DNA of 64,000 nt from a virus. The notes beneath the pieces were generated by a model, which saw only the letters and a list, made by a program, of their open reading frames with translations, had not been told where the DNA came from and ran no database searches. The stretch is from the IMG/VR virus record IMGVR_UViG_3300024308_000006, positions 1 to 64,000 of that record; one strand, 5' to 3'. Made by a program: the position numbers and the translations under genes. Position 1 is the stretch's first letter, and the number at the start of each line of letters is the position of its first letter. This document shows, piece after piece, positions 44,683 to 51,559 of the stretch.

Positions 44683-44702
44683 CCAGCCCTATAGGGGTGG
44701 CG
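44683..44702 (-). promoter_or_regulatory. Conserved late-region motif copy (coding strand CGCCACCCCTATAGGGCTGG)
   Basis: Lies 35 nt upstream of the terS ATG and contains the perfect palindrome CCCTATAGGG. Confidence 0.55.
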
Positions 44703-44726
44703 TTGCGCGCGGGATTGTGAGGGCTG

Positions 44727-44909
44727 TTACTCGTCTATCGCCTGGCTCACCTGCGGTTGCAGTTTCTGCCACGCGCGGTAGTAGACGTTCAGGTCGCTGT
44801 GTGGCTCGCCCATGCCTTGCGCCAGCATGATGCTGACCGCGACCAGCTCGCTGCTGGTCAGGTCATCGGGGCTCTCGCCGTCAGGGACTTCGATCAGTCT
44901 CCAGGCCAT
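44727..44909 (-). CDS. Hypothetical protein, 60 aa
   Basis: AGGAGG SD upstream of the ATG at 44909. Confidence 0.6.
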   Translation of the reverse strand: MAWRLIEVPDGESPDDLTSSELVAVSIMLAQGMGEPHSDLNVYYRAWQKLQPQVSQAIDE

Positions 44910-44979
44910 GATGTGGCGCCTCCTGGCGCTATGTGGTGGTGTGCGGCTACTGCGCGCTCACGGCCAGTACAGGATCGCA

Positions 44980-45267
44980 CTACTCGGCGATGAACTCCAC
45001 GAGCATGACTTCGATGCTGCTCGGGCCTATCTGTACTGTGCGCTCGGCAGTGACCGACTCAGTAGCGCCGTGACCAGGGAACTGCGCGGCATTCAGCGCC
45101 AGGCTGTTGGCGACGTAGCCGGCCAGTGCGCCGGTGGCGCCGGGGTCATAGGCGTCCAGGCGCATGGCGGCGCAGAGCATGCCGCCTTCAACCTCAACAG
45201 CGACTGTCAGGATCAGCTCGCCCTCTTCTGCGGTGACTTGGTAGTGGGTCTGGCTCTGTATCTGCAT
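44980..45267 (-). CDS. Hypothetical protein, 95 aa
   Basis: The ATG at 45267 is preceded by AGGAGG with a 6-nt spacer. The track start at 45300 is a GTG without an SD. Confidence 0.6.
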   Translation of the reverse strand: MQIQSQTHYQVTAEEGELILTVAVEVEGGMLCAAMRLDAYDPGATGALAGYVANSLALNAAQFPGHGATESVTAERTVQIGPSSIEVMLVEFIAE

Positions 45268-45309
45268 TTCGCCCTCCTGGGCATGGGTTGTTTGTGTCAC
45301 GCTCGGCCG

Positions 45310-45792
45310 TCACGCGCTCGCGGGATCGACCAGGCTGCTCAGGTGCGCGATGTGGCGGCGCATTTCCTTGAGCTGCATTGCGAGCTCTTTGTTGGCGTGG
45401 GCGGCCTGGTGGCCCATTTCGATGGCGACAAACTGCTGCGCGGCGCCGGCCATTGCCTCGCCCACCATGCGCGCCTCGCGCGGCGAGAGGATCAGCACCT
45501 GCTCGCCAATCTCCAGCACGCTGGTGCCGTCAGGGAGCAGGGATCTGCTGACGTGGCGGGCGGGCTTGTGCTGCTCGGCCGGGACGTATACGCCGCGCTG
45601 CACCCGCACGATGCGGCCGTTGTTCTCCAGATACGCCAGGCGGTCGTCGATCTGCGTCTTGGTCATGTCGGCCAGCCCAGCATTGGCCGCCAGCGTCTCG
45701 CGCGTGACGATCTGCTCCTGGGTGTGCATGTCCTGTATAGCCTCCAGCAGAATGTCAGCGCTCGATTTGTCCTGATTGATCGGCCTTTTCAT
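45310..45792 (-). CDS. Putative DNA-binding protein (winged-helix-like N-terminus, coiled-coil C-terminus), 160 aa; candidate late-gene regulator
   Basis: It occupies the slot between NinG and the late operon, where lambdoid phages carry their late regulator. There is no recognisable Q motif. Confidence 0.6.
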   Translation of the reverse strand: MKRPINQDKSSADILLEAIQDMHTQEQIVTRETLAANAGLADMTKTQIDDRLAYLENNGRIVRVQRGVYVPAEQHKPARHVSRSLLPDGTSVLEIGEQVLILSPREARMVGEAMAGAAQQFVAIEMGHQAAHANKELAMQLKEMRRHIAHLSSLVDPASA

Positions 45793-45794
45793 GC

Positions 45795-46400
45795 TTACTC
45801 CCCCCTGGCTCGCTGTAGTTTTCGTGTCATTGCTCGGTACTGCGCCTTGATCTGTTTCAGATCGTCGATGCTGTAGTGCTTCGGCTCGTGCGGGCCTTCC
45901 AGCCAGGCCACCGCCTCGGCGCCGATCCTGGCAATCAGGCCGATGCGGTACTCGATCAGGTTGCCGGACTTACCCATGTTGCAGTTCCGATTGCACTGCA
46001 GATGCACGTTCAGCGGCTCGAAGCGCAGTTCTGGGCATGCCTGGGTGGTTCGGTAATGCCCGGCCGCGTACTGCACGTTCGCGGTAGTCCCGCAACTGAT
46101 ACACGGCTGGCCGTAGTCGCGCTCGCGCACCCAGCTGTTGAAGGCAGCCTGGGCCTCCTTCATGTGCTCCGCACGGCCCTTGAGTTTTTCCTTGCGGGCC
46201 TTGATGGCTTTGCGCTCAATCTTGGCCAGGGCGGTGCGCTCCTTCTTCTGCTTGTCGCGGGCGATAGTCACGCCACACTCAGGGCTGCACCACGACTGGA
46301 AAGGCTGCGCCGGTACGAACGGTTTGCGGCAGGCGCGCACGGCGCACTTCTTCGACTTACCGCTCAGGGCTTTCAGGGGCTTACGGGTGGCCAGGGTCAT
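45795..46400 (-). CDS. ninG: NinG/Rap-family recombination endonuclease, 201 aa
   Basis: CxxxC...WCSPEC zinc motif and FNSWVRERDYGQPCISCG...AGHY...LNVHLQCNRNCN, the typical NinG signature. Confidence 0.85.
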   Translation of the reverse strand: MTLATRKPLKALSGKSKKCAVRACRKPFVPAQPFQSWCSPECGVTIARDKQKKERTALAKIERKAIKARKEKLKGRAEHMKEAQAAFNSWVRERDYGQPCISCGTTANVQYAAGHYRTTQACPELRFEPLNVHLQCNRNCNMGKSGNLIEYRIGLIARIGAEAVAWLEGPHEPKHYSIDDLKQIKAQYRAMTRKLQRARGE

Positions 46401-46615
46401 GCTCTCGCCCTCTCGTCCGCGTCGATCAGCTTGGCCACCTGCAGGCGGTCGGGCGTGTAGAGGCTCGGCGCCTTACCGCCTGGGCGCGTGATCCCGTAGG
46501 TAACTTCTGGCGTGCGGAACTCGGCCACCGTGTAGCCGGCGCTGGTTTCCCAGCAGCCTGGCTTGATGTTGCCATCGGCGTCGCGCTTTGGGCGCCACTT
46601 GATTGCCTGAGTCAT
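46397..46615 (-). CDS. Hypothetical protein, 72 aa
   Basis: ORF coupled by ATGA overlaps on both sides. Confidence 0.6.
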   Translation of the reverse strand: MTQAIKWRPKRDADGNIKPGCWETSAGYTVAEFRTPEVTYGITRPGGKAPSLYTPDRLQVAKLIDADERARA

Positions 46616-46845
46616 GTGCGGCCACCTTTAGCGGCCTGGGCCTGCAGGCAGCGCAACCGCTGTTTGCGTGCCAGCTTGCGCAGTGCACGCTCCTGGCATT
46701 TGCCGGGATCGGGCAGGCCGCGGTTCAAGTCGTAGCTCGTCTCGAAGGCACGGCGACGTGTTGGCAGGATCGCCGGCGCATGGCTGACACCCAGCACCGC
46801 GGCCAGTGCAACCGCTTTCAAGATGCAGAACAGAAAATTGCTCAC
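46612..46845 (-). CDS. Small membrane protein, 77 aa
   Basis: A GTG start at 46845 overlaps the NinB stop (GTGA), with a GGGAGGTGG SD. The N-terminus is hydrophobic (SNFLFCILKAVALAAVLGV). Confidence 0.55.
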   Translation of the reverse strand: MSNFLFCILKAVALAAVLGVSHAPAILPTRRRAFETSYDLNRGLPDPGKCQERALRKLARKQRLRCLQAQAAKGGRT

Positions 46846-47315
46846 GCTGCCACCTCCCACTGCTCGGGCATTGCGCCTTTGGGTTCGCCCCACTTGACGC
46901 CCTGGTCGGCGCCGAACGCATACATGAACTCGATCAGCTCCCCCAGTTCGGCCACGCTCATGCGCTTGGTGCTCACGCCGAGCAGGACAAAGCCGCCGTT
47001 GATCCCGGCCGCCATGCGCACTTCCTGGCGCACGGTGGCGGTCATGATGTTTTTCCAGTCCTCGGCGTCGAGGTGTTGCATCACCCCGTTGACTGCCCAC
47101 GGCACTTGCCGGGCGATGTCGCCCAACATGGCCCACAGCTTGGCGTTCTGCTCCAGGGTGCGGCGGGACTTCACCGGGCGGACGATGACCTCGACGGCGT
47201 GCTCGACGGCCAGCTCAGTGGCGAACAGGTAGGCCAGCTTGAACACGTCGCGCACGCGATTTACGCCAGGGCTGAACCAGTGGCGCGCCTTCGGGGATTG
47301 AATGACGCTACCCAT
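46842..47315 (-). CDS. ninB: NinB/Orf-family recombination mediator, 157 aa
   Basis: RTLEQNAKLWAMLGDIARQVPW...DAEDWKNIMTA...GVSTKRMSVAELGELIEFMYAFGADQGVKW aligns well with lambda NinB as I recall it. Confidence 0.85.
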   Translation of the reverse strand: MGSVIQSPKARHWFSPGVNRVRDVFKLAYLFATELAVEHAVEVIVRPVKSRRTLEQNAKLWAMLGDIARQVPWAVNGVMQHLDAEDWKNIMTATVRQEVRMAAGINGGFVLLGVSTKRMSVAELGELIEFMYAFGADQGVKWGEPKGAMPEQWEVAA

Positions 47316-47502
47316 TGATCAGCACCCCGCCGCGAACAATCTTCTTTTGCCCCTCGCGGCTCAGGCGCACGCCATCGGCTTTTCGCTCCAGCACCCAGCC
47401 GTTGATGAGCATCCAATCGACATCAAGGCGCATCTGCGGGTACAGGCGCTGGCCGTTCTTGGTCTGGTCTGGGGTGTATTCGATTGCGGGGAGGTCAGTC
47501 AT
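47308..47502 (-). CDS. Hypothetical protein, 64 aa
   Basis: Coupled ORF. Confidence 0.55.
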   Translation of the reverse strand: MTDLPAIEYTPDQTKNGQRLYPQMRLDVDWMLINGWVLERKADGVRLSREGQKKIVRGGVLING

Positions 47503-47807
47503 GGCCGCTCCCCTTCTACTGGAGTCATCCAGTCGGACTTATGCTCGAGCAGGGTAAGCTCCCAACCTGGCGCTATCTCGCACATGCCGAATTCGCCGTA
47601 CTGGCCGGAAAAGTAATGCGCCTCGTACAGATACAAGCCTTCGCCATGCTCGAATTCTTGTTCCTCCCTGAGGCTCTTTTCGATCTCTTCGAGAGCAGCC
47701 AGCGATATGCGACCGTTGATTGCGCAGACGAATGGTTCTTCGCCGCCTTCTAAACGCAGCACTTCGATAACCACACCGCTTTTGTTAAATAGCTCGCCGG
47801 ACATCAC
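47499..47807 (-). CDS. Hypothetical acidic protein, 102 aa (lower-GC segment)
   Basis: Coupled ORF with visibly lower local GC (47560-47800). Confidence 0.6.
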   Translation of the reverse strand: MMSGELFNKSGVVIEVLRLEGGEEPFVCAINGRISLAALEEIEKSLREEQEFEHGEGLYLYEAHYFSGQYGEFGMCEIAPGWELTLLEHKSDWMTPVEGERP

Positions 47808-47929
47808 TCCACCTCCGCATTCGGCCAGATCGAGCGAGCCACGGTCAGCGGATCGTCAGCGTCATCCATCAGGATCATCGAGAACGGCACCCGCCCTGGC
47901 AGCAGCACCTTCCAGCAGCGCTTGCTCAT
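47804..47929 (-). CDS. Possible small protein, 41 aa
   Basis: The ATG at 47929 overlaps the P-like gene stop (ATGA). The track version (to 47998) overlaps that gene. Confidence 0.35.
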   Translation of the reverse strand: MSKRCWKVLLPGRVPFSMILMDDADDPLTVARSIWPNAEVE

Positions 47930-48594
47930 GCCTGCCCTCCGTGCAATGCAGCGCGCAACCCGGCCAGGCCACGTCGCCCACCTTCCTCGGTGCGGCAAGA
48001 GCTGACCGACTCAGGGTCAGGCAGGCCAAGCGGGATCGTGCGCAGCGGCTCGCCATCCATCACCATGCGGCACGCGGCGGCGTAGTTGCGGGCGAACAGC
48101 TTGCGGCTTGCGTCTTCCTTGAGCGTGCTCAGGGTGTGAAAGCCGGTTTCGAGCGCAGCGTGGCACACCGCCGGATGGCTCCATGGCTTATCGAGCGCAG
48201 GCCCAGCACGGTAGGCGCGACGGCACGCCTCGCGGTAAGCCTTGTCCTCGGTCGGCAGGCCAAAGTCTTCGGGGTCGAGCTCTAGGCACAGGGCGCGGAA
48301 CTGGCCAGCAGCAGGCGGCCACTCCTGCAGCTGCTTGTCCTGGGTCGTCGCCAGGGCGTTGAGGCCGACAGCGATCTGCTCGCCGGTCATGCCCCCGAGC
48401 GTTGCTGCCCAGGCATGGCTCTGATCAACCGACACACCGAAACTCCCCGTCCATTTCTTCCCATAAAGTTCCGCCATCTTGATCCACAGCTTGTCCAGCA
48501 GCGGCTGAGCGAGCTTCGCGCTCGGCGATGGCTTGCTTGACGGCATCGACGGCTGAGAGAGGGCGGACTGAATCAGATCGCGTGCTGCTTGCAT
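47926..48594 (-). CDS. Lambda P-like replication (helicase loader) protein, 222 aa
   Basis: WPPAAGQFRALC / GLPTEDKAYREACRR / WSHPAVCHAALETG align with lambda P LPSPGQFVAWC / GLPNVSELVDMVYEYCRK / WKSNAHYWLVTNL (from memory). Confidence 0.75.
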   Translation of the reverse strand: MQAARDLIQSALSQPSMPSSKPSPSAKLAQPLLDKLWIKMAELYGKKWTGSFGVSVDQSHAWAATLGGMTGEQIAVGLNALATTQDKQLQEWPPAAGQFRALCLELDPEDFGLPTEDKAYREACRRAYRAGPALDKPWSHPAVCHAALETGFHTLSTLKEDASRKLFARNYAAACRMVMDGEPLRTIPLGLPDPESVSSCRTEEGGRRGLAGLRAALHGGQA

Positions 48595-49255
48595 GAGTTA
48601 CCTCGTCTTCCCAGCGGCGCTGGTTGAGCCAGGTGGTCGGGTGCGGGATGTATTGGCCACCGTCGCGCTGCCAGTCGGCGGTGAGCTTGTGTGCGGCAAT
48701 GGCGGACAGGATGGCGGCCTGCAGATCGGCGCTCGGCTTGAGCTTTGCCCATGCCTTCTCGGCGGTGGCCTTGGCCTTTTTCAGCGGATAGGCAGACCAG
48801 AACTCAGCAAACCCGCCTGCCGAAGGGGGCAAGGGGTTGTTATCTACTGGTTCTTGGTTAGTGGTTAGTGGTTCTTGGTTAGGTGCTCGTTCGTGCTCGC
48901 CTGGTGTACGTTTCGTGCCTGCTTGAGCACGTTTCGTGCGTTTGGCTTCTTCGCGCTGTTCAGCAATTTCCTTATTTTTCTGAGACTTGGCGTGATACGC
49001 CGCAATCTCGTCCTGAATGCGCTCTTGAACGAAAACACCATCAACCTGAGTGAAGAATTTGCTCAGAACGAAGCGAACAGCGGCCTCTTCTTCCTCGGTT
49101 CGCGCCCAGCACCAGTCGATTGCTTCGGCTTCCGTGGGGAAGCGTTCACGGTCGTAGCACGCATCGAGCAAGAGCGTGTACGCACCGTGCTCCAGCATGG
49201 TCAGGCGACCAGCCTTCTTGTGGTAATCGCCGATGTTGCGTTTGAAGTAGTGCAT
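48425..49255 (-). CDS. DUF1376 (YdaU-like) replication initiation-type protein, 276 aa
   Basis: The N-terminus MHYFKRNIGDYHKKAGRLTMLEHGAYTLLLDACYDRE is the DUF1376 signature. The ATG is at 49255. The 3' 170 nt overlap the P-like ORF. Confidence 0.75.
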   Translation of the reverse strand: MHYFKRNIGDYHKKAGRLTMLEHGAYTLLLDACYDRERFPTEAEAIDWCWARTEEEEAAVRFVLSKFFTQVDGVFVQERIQDEIAAYHAKSQKNKEIAEQREEAKRTKRAQAGTKRTPGEHERAPNQEPLTTNQEPVDNNPLPPSAGGFAEFWSAYPLKKAKATAEKAWAKLKPSADLQAAILSAIAAHKLTADWQRDGGQYIPHPTTWLNQRRWEDEVTHASSTRSDSVRPLSAVDAVKQAIAEREARSAAAGQAVDQDGGTLWEEMDGEFRCVG

Positions 49256-49257
49256 GG

Positions 49258-49530
49258 CTACGCCACCACTCCGACAGACGCCGAATCGTTCGCCGCAAGG
49301 CGGTACTCGGCCACCCGCACGCGCTTGCCGTGGCGGTTTTCCACCCACAGCCAATGCGTCTCGATGTTCATGCCAGCCTGACGCAACTCGTCGATACGCG
49401 AGGCCAGACGGGCGCAGCCAAAGTGATTGAGCGCCTGCAGGGCGGTCAGCGTGCCGCCGCGCTCAAGGAAGGTGCGAATAGCGGCGCGCTGGGAATTGCT
49501 GGTCTTGCTGTTCGGATTGTCGTTCGACAT
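49258..49530 (-). CDS. Winged-HTH protein, 90 aa
   Basis: The ATG at 49530 has a GGGGGAA SD. TLTALQALNHFGCARLASRIDELRQAGMNI is an HTH_39-like pattern. Confidence 0.65.
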   Translation of the reverse strand: MSNDNPNSKTSNSQRAAIRTFLERGGTLTALQALNHFGCARLASRIDELRQAGMNIETHWLWVENRHGKRVRVAEYRLAANDSASVGVVA

Positions 49531-49550
49531 AATTCCCCCGTGATGTGAGA

Positions 49551-49588
49551 AAGCCCGGCCGCCTCCCAAGCTGTTCCGGGCTTTTTTT
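49551..49588. terminator. Hairpin with a T8 run between the cII-like and HTH genes (bidirectional terminator-like)
   Basis: AGCCCGG-N17-CCGGGCT followed by TTTTTTTT on the + strand. On the minus (early-right) strand it is followed only by UUUCUC. Confidence 0.5.
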
Positions 49589-49597
49589 TGCCTGCGA

Positions 49598-49891
49598 TTA
49601 CTCTTCCCACTCCAGTACCTGGTCCTGTACCGGGTACTTCAAACCAAGCTGCGCCAGGGCTCGCAGGTGCTCGACATACACCGGGTCGAAGCACTGCACA
49701 GATTCCGGCACCACCTTGAGCCCCAGGTGGGCAAGCATCTCCGCCGTTTTCGCCAGATCACCGCTCGACTTTTGCCGGCTGATCTGGCTTTCACTCACGC
49801 CCATCAGGTCGGCCAGGTGGGTCTGGCCGAAACCTGCAAGGGCTTTCAGGATGGCGGCTTCGTTCTTGCGTGCGCGGTCGGGCTTGTTCAT
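49598..49891 (-). CDS. cII: CII-like transcriptional activator, 97 aa
   Basis: The ATG at 49891 has a GAGG SD. ...GQTHLADLMGVSESQISRQKS... resembles lambda CII TAEAVGVDKSQISRWKR. The gene lies right after cro. Confidence 0.7.
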   Translation of the reverse strand: MNKPDRARKNEAAILKALAGFGQTHLADLMGVSESQISRQKSSGDLAKTAEMLAHLGLKVVPESVQCFDPVYVEHLRALAQLGLKYPVQDQVLEWEE

Positions 49892-49902
49892 CTGTAATGA
49901 CC

Positions 49903-50133
49903 TCAAGCAGCAGCGAGTTCAGGCCAAATGCGGCTCCAGTCGTCAGGCCGCAACTCCTGACGAGTGACAGCGCCGCCTGTTTCGCGCTCGATTCCAGCCG
50001 CAACCTCGGCAGATGCTGTTTTGTTGCCGTAGGCGATCTGGCGCAAGTAGCCACGGGTCGTTCCCGTCTTGGAAACTTGTTCATCCGAGGCGTTTTTTAG
50101 CCACCCCAGGAGGGTTGTGTGCTTGGTTTTCAT
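49903..50133 (-). CDS. cro: Cro-like (YdaS-family HTH) repressor, 76 aa
   Basis: The ATG at 50133 has an AGGAG SD. The gene is divergent from cI and has an HTH (TTRGYLRQIAYGNKTASAEVAAGIE). Confidence 0.75.
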   Translation of the reverse strand: MKTKHTTLLGWLKNASDEQVSKTGTTRGYLRQIAYGNKTASAEVAAGIERETGGAVTRQELRPDDWSRIWPELAAA

Positions 50134-50159
50134 GGAGGCACTCCTATGCAATGCACGGA

Positions 50160-50226
50160 ATGATTACCCATCGGTAATGCTTTGGCAAGCAATCCATTAC
50201 CCGCAGAACATTTACCTACAAGTAAC
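50160..50226. promoter_or_regulatory. OR region: operators (ATTACC-N4-GGTAAT) and the PR-like promoter
   Basis: A perfect operator ATTACCCATCGGTAAT lies at 50163-50178, with degenerate copies at 50196-50211 and 50211-50226. Minus-strand PR: -35 TTGCCA (50183-50188), 17-nt spacer, -10 AATCAT (50160-50165). Confidence 0.65.
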
Positions 50227-50245
50227 AAGTCGGGAAGATGTGCGA

Positions 50246-51019
50246 ATGGATATCTACGAAGCCCGCCGAACGAACCTACGCCGCCTGATGGACGCCACCT
50301 ATGGCATTAACGCCAGGGGCGCCCAAACCAGAATGGCTGAGCGCCTGAACAAATCTCAGAACTATCTGTCGCGCTGCCTTGCCGATCCGCAAGCCAGCGG
50401 CTTCAAGAAGATAGGCGAGCAATTTGCGCGGGAGATAGAAGCCGAGTTCGGGCTTAGGCGGCATTCGCTGGACTTTGACTCGTTCATCGAACAGCAGGAC
50501 CGATTGCCAACCAACCAATTTACGACTGGCGAGGGCTCGTGCAGAAATGCTGAAGCCTTTGATGTAGGGATCGACACAGGCGCACAAATAACCTCGGTTC
50601 CCCTCCCCTTCGATCAAGGCAGGGTGCCGGTAGTAGGAAAGGCAATGCTCGGCATGGATGGATACTTTGAGGCGCTGGATTATCCAGTTGGTCATGGCGA
50701 TGGATACCTCGCGGTTCCGAGTCGCGACCCTAACGCTTATGCGCTTCGCGTGGTGGGGAACTCTATGACGCCAAGGATCAAGAACGGTGAGTTCGTCTTG
50801 ATTGAGCCTGGTCAGACGTTCGCTAACGGCGACGACGTGCTGGTCAGGACGCGCGACGGGCGATCCATGATCAAGGAGTTCGTCTACCTGCGTGACGGCC
50901 AATATCGCTTTGACAGCTACGGAAATGGGTACGAGCCAATCTACCTGGATGAAGGCCAGGTAGAGCAAATTCACTTCGTCGGCGGCATCTTTAAGTCGTA
51001 CCGGTTCTCACCTGAGTAA
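50246..51019 (+). CDS. cI: CI-type repressor (HTH plus LexA/S24 autopeptidase domain), 257 aa
   Basis: The ATG at 50246 has a GGGAAG SD. N-terminal HTH (RMAERLNKSQNYLSRCL) and a C-terminal S24 core (VVGNSMTPRIKNGEFVLIEP...MIKEF). Confidence 0.88.
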   Translation: MDIYEARRTNLRRLMDATYGINARGAQTRMAERLNKSQNYLSRCLADPQASGFKKIGEQFAREIEAEFGLRRHSLDFDSFIEQQDRLPTNQFTTGEGSCRNAEAFDVGIDTGAQITSVPLPFDQGRVPVVGKAMLGMDGYFEALDYPVGHGDGYLAVPSRDPNAYALRVVGNSMTPRIKNGEFVLIEPGQTFANGDDVLVRTRDGRSMIKEFVYLRDGQYRFDSYGNGYEPIYLDEGQVEQIHFVGGIFKSYRFSPE

Positions 51020-51032
51020 GCGCTGATCAAGG

Positions 51033-51449
51033 ATGCTCAAGATGCTCAGAAATATCTTTGCTGTCGCTCTGTTCCCGGCCGTCGCTATGGCTGACCCAGG
51101 CCTTGAGTTATTGCGTGAGGTGCTCGCCACCGGCAGAGTTTGCTCGTTCGCAAAGGGCGTAACAGACCGCCAAGAGTGCTATGTGAAAGCATCGCCTGCA
51201 CGATGCGAGCGCGAGGCTCGCGCAGGGATAATGGGCAACCCCGTGCTTTTTGCGCAGTTTCGCGCCTGCATAATTTCCTGCGGAAATGCCGGGGTATGGT
51301 CATCATCAGTAGGAGAATGCAGCAGGAGCCTTGTGATTGAGGACGCGCCGCAACGAGCGGAAAGACTCACCGCTCTGCGTTGCGATAATGAATCATGGGA
51401 ATCGGGCTGGGTCAGCGCTGATTGCCTAGAGGCCGCCGAAGGCCGATAA
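51033..51449 (+). CDS. Secreted Cys-rich protein, 138 aa (moron co-oriented with cI)
   Basis: Signal peptide MLKMLRNIFAVALFPAVAMA/DP and 8 Cys residues. It starts 13 nt after the cI stop and is followed by a strong intrinsic terminator. Confidence 0.75.
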   Translation: MLKMLRNIFAVALFPAVAMADPGLELLREVLATGRVCSFAKGVTDRQECYVKASPARCEREARAGIMGNPVLFAQFRACIISCGNAGVWSSSVGECSRSLVIEDAPQRAERLTALRCDNESWESGWVSADCLEAAEGR

Positions 51450-51464
51450 CACCCTAAGCCAAAC

Positions 51465-51491
51465 AAACCCGCCACCGAGCGGGTTTTTTTT
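51465..51491 (+). terminator. Rho-independent terminator of the cI operon
   Basis: ACCCGC-caccga-GCGGGT stem-loop followed by T8 (51484-51491). Confidence 0.85.
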
Positions 51492-51508
51492 GTGCCCCCA
51501 GAAAAAAC

Positions 51509-51552
51509 ATTACCCACAGGTATTGACTGAAATCATTACCTGCCGGTAATGT
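51509..51552 (+). promoter_or_regulatory. OL/PL: two operators overlapping a sigma70 promoter that fires rightwards
   Basis: Operators ATTACCCACAGGTATT (51509-51524) and ATTACCTGCCGGTAAT (51535-51550). -35 TTGACT (51523-51528), 18-nt spacer, -10 TAATGT (51547-51552). The layout matches the PR region. Confidence 0.7.
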
Positions 51553-51559
51553 GCGCACA

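Noticed and set aside
49551-49588. The hairpin plus T8 on the + strand considered as the terminator of an oop-like antisense RNA against cII.
   Set aside because: A + strand RNA ending here would stop 10 nt before the cII 3' end and would not overlap cII. I saw no upstream + strand promoter. It is better read as a bidirectional or tR-type terminator.
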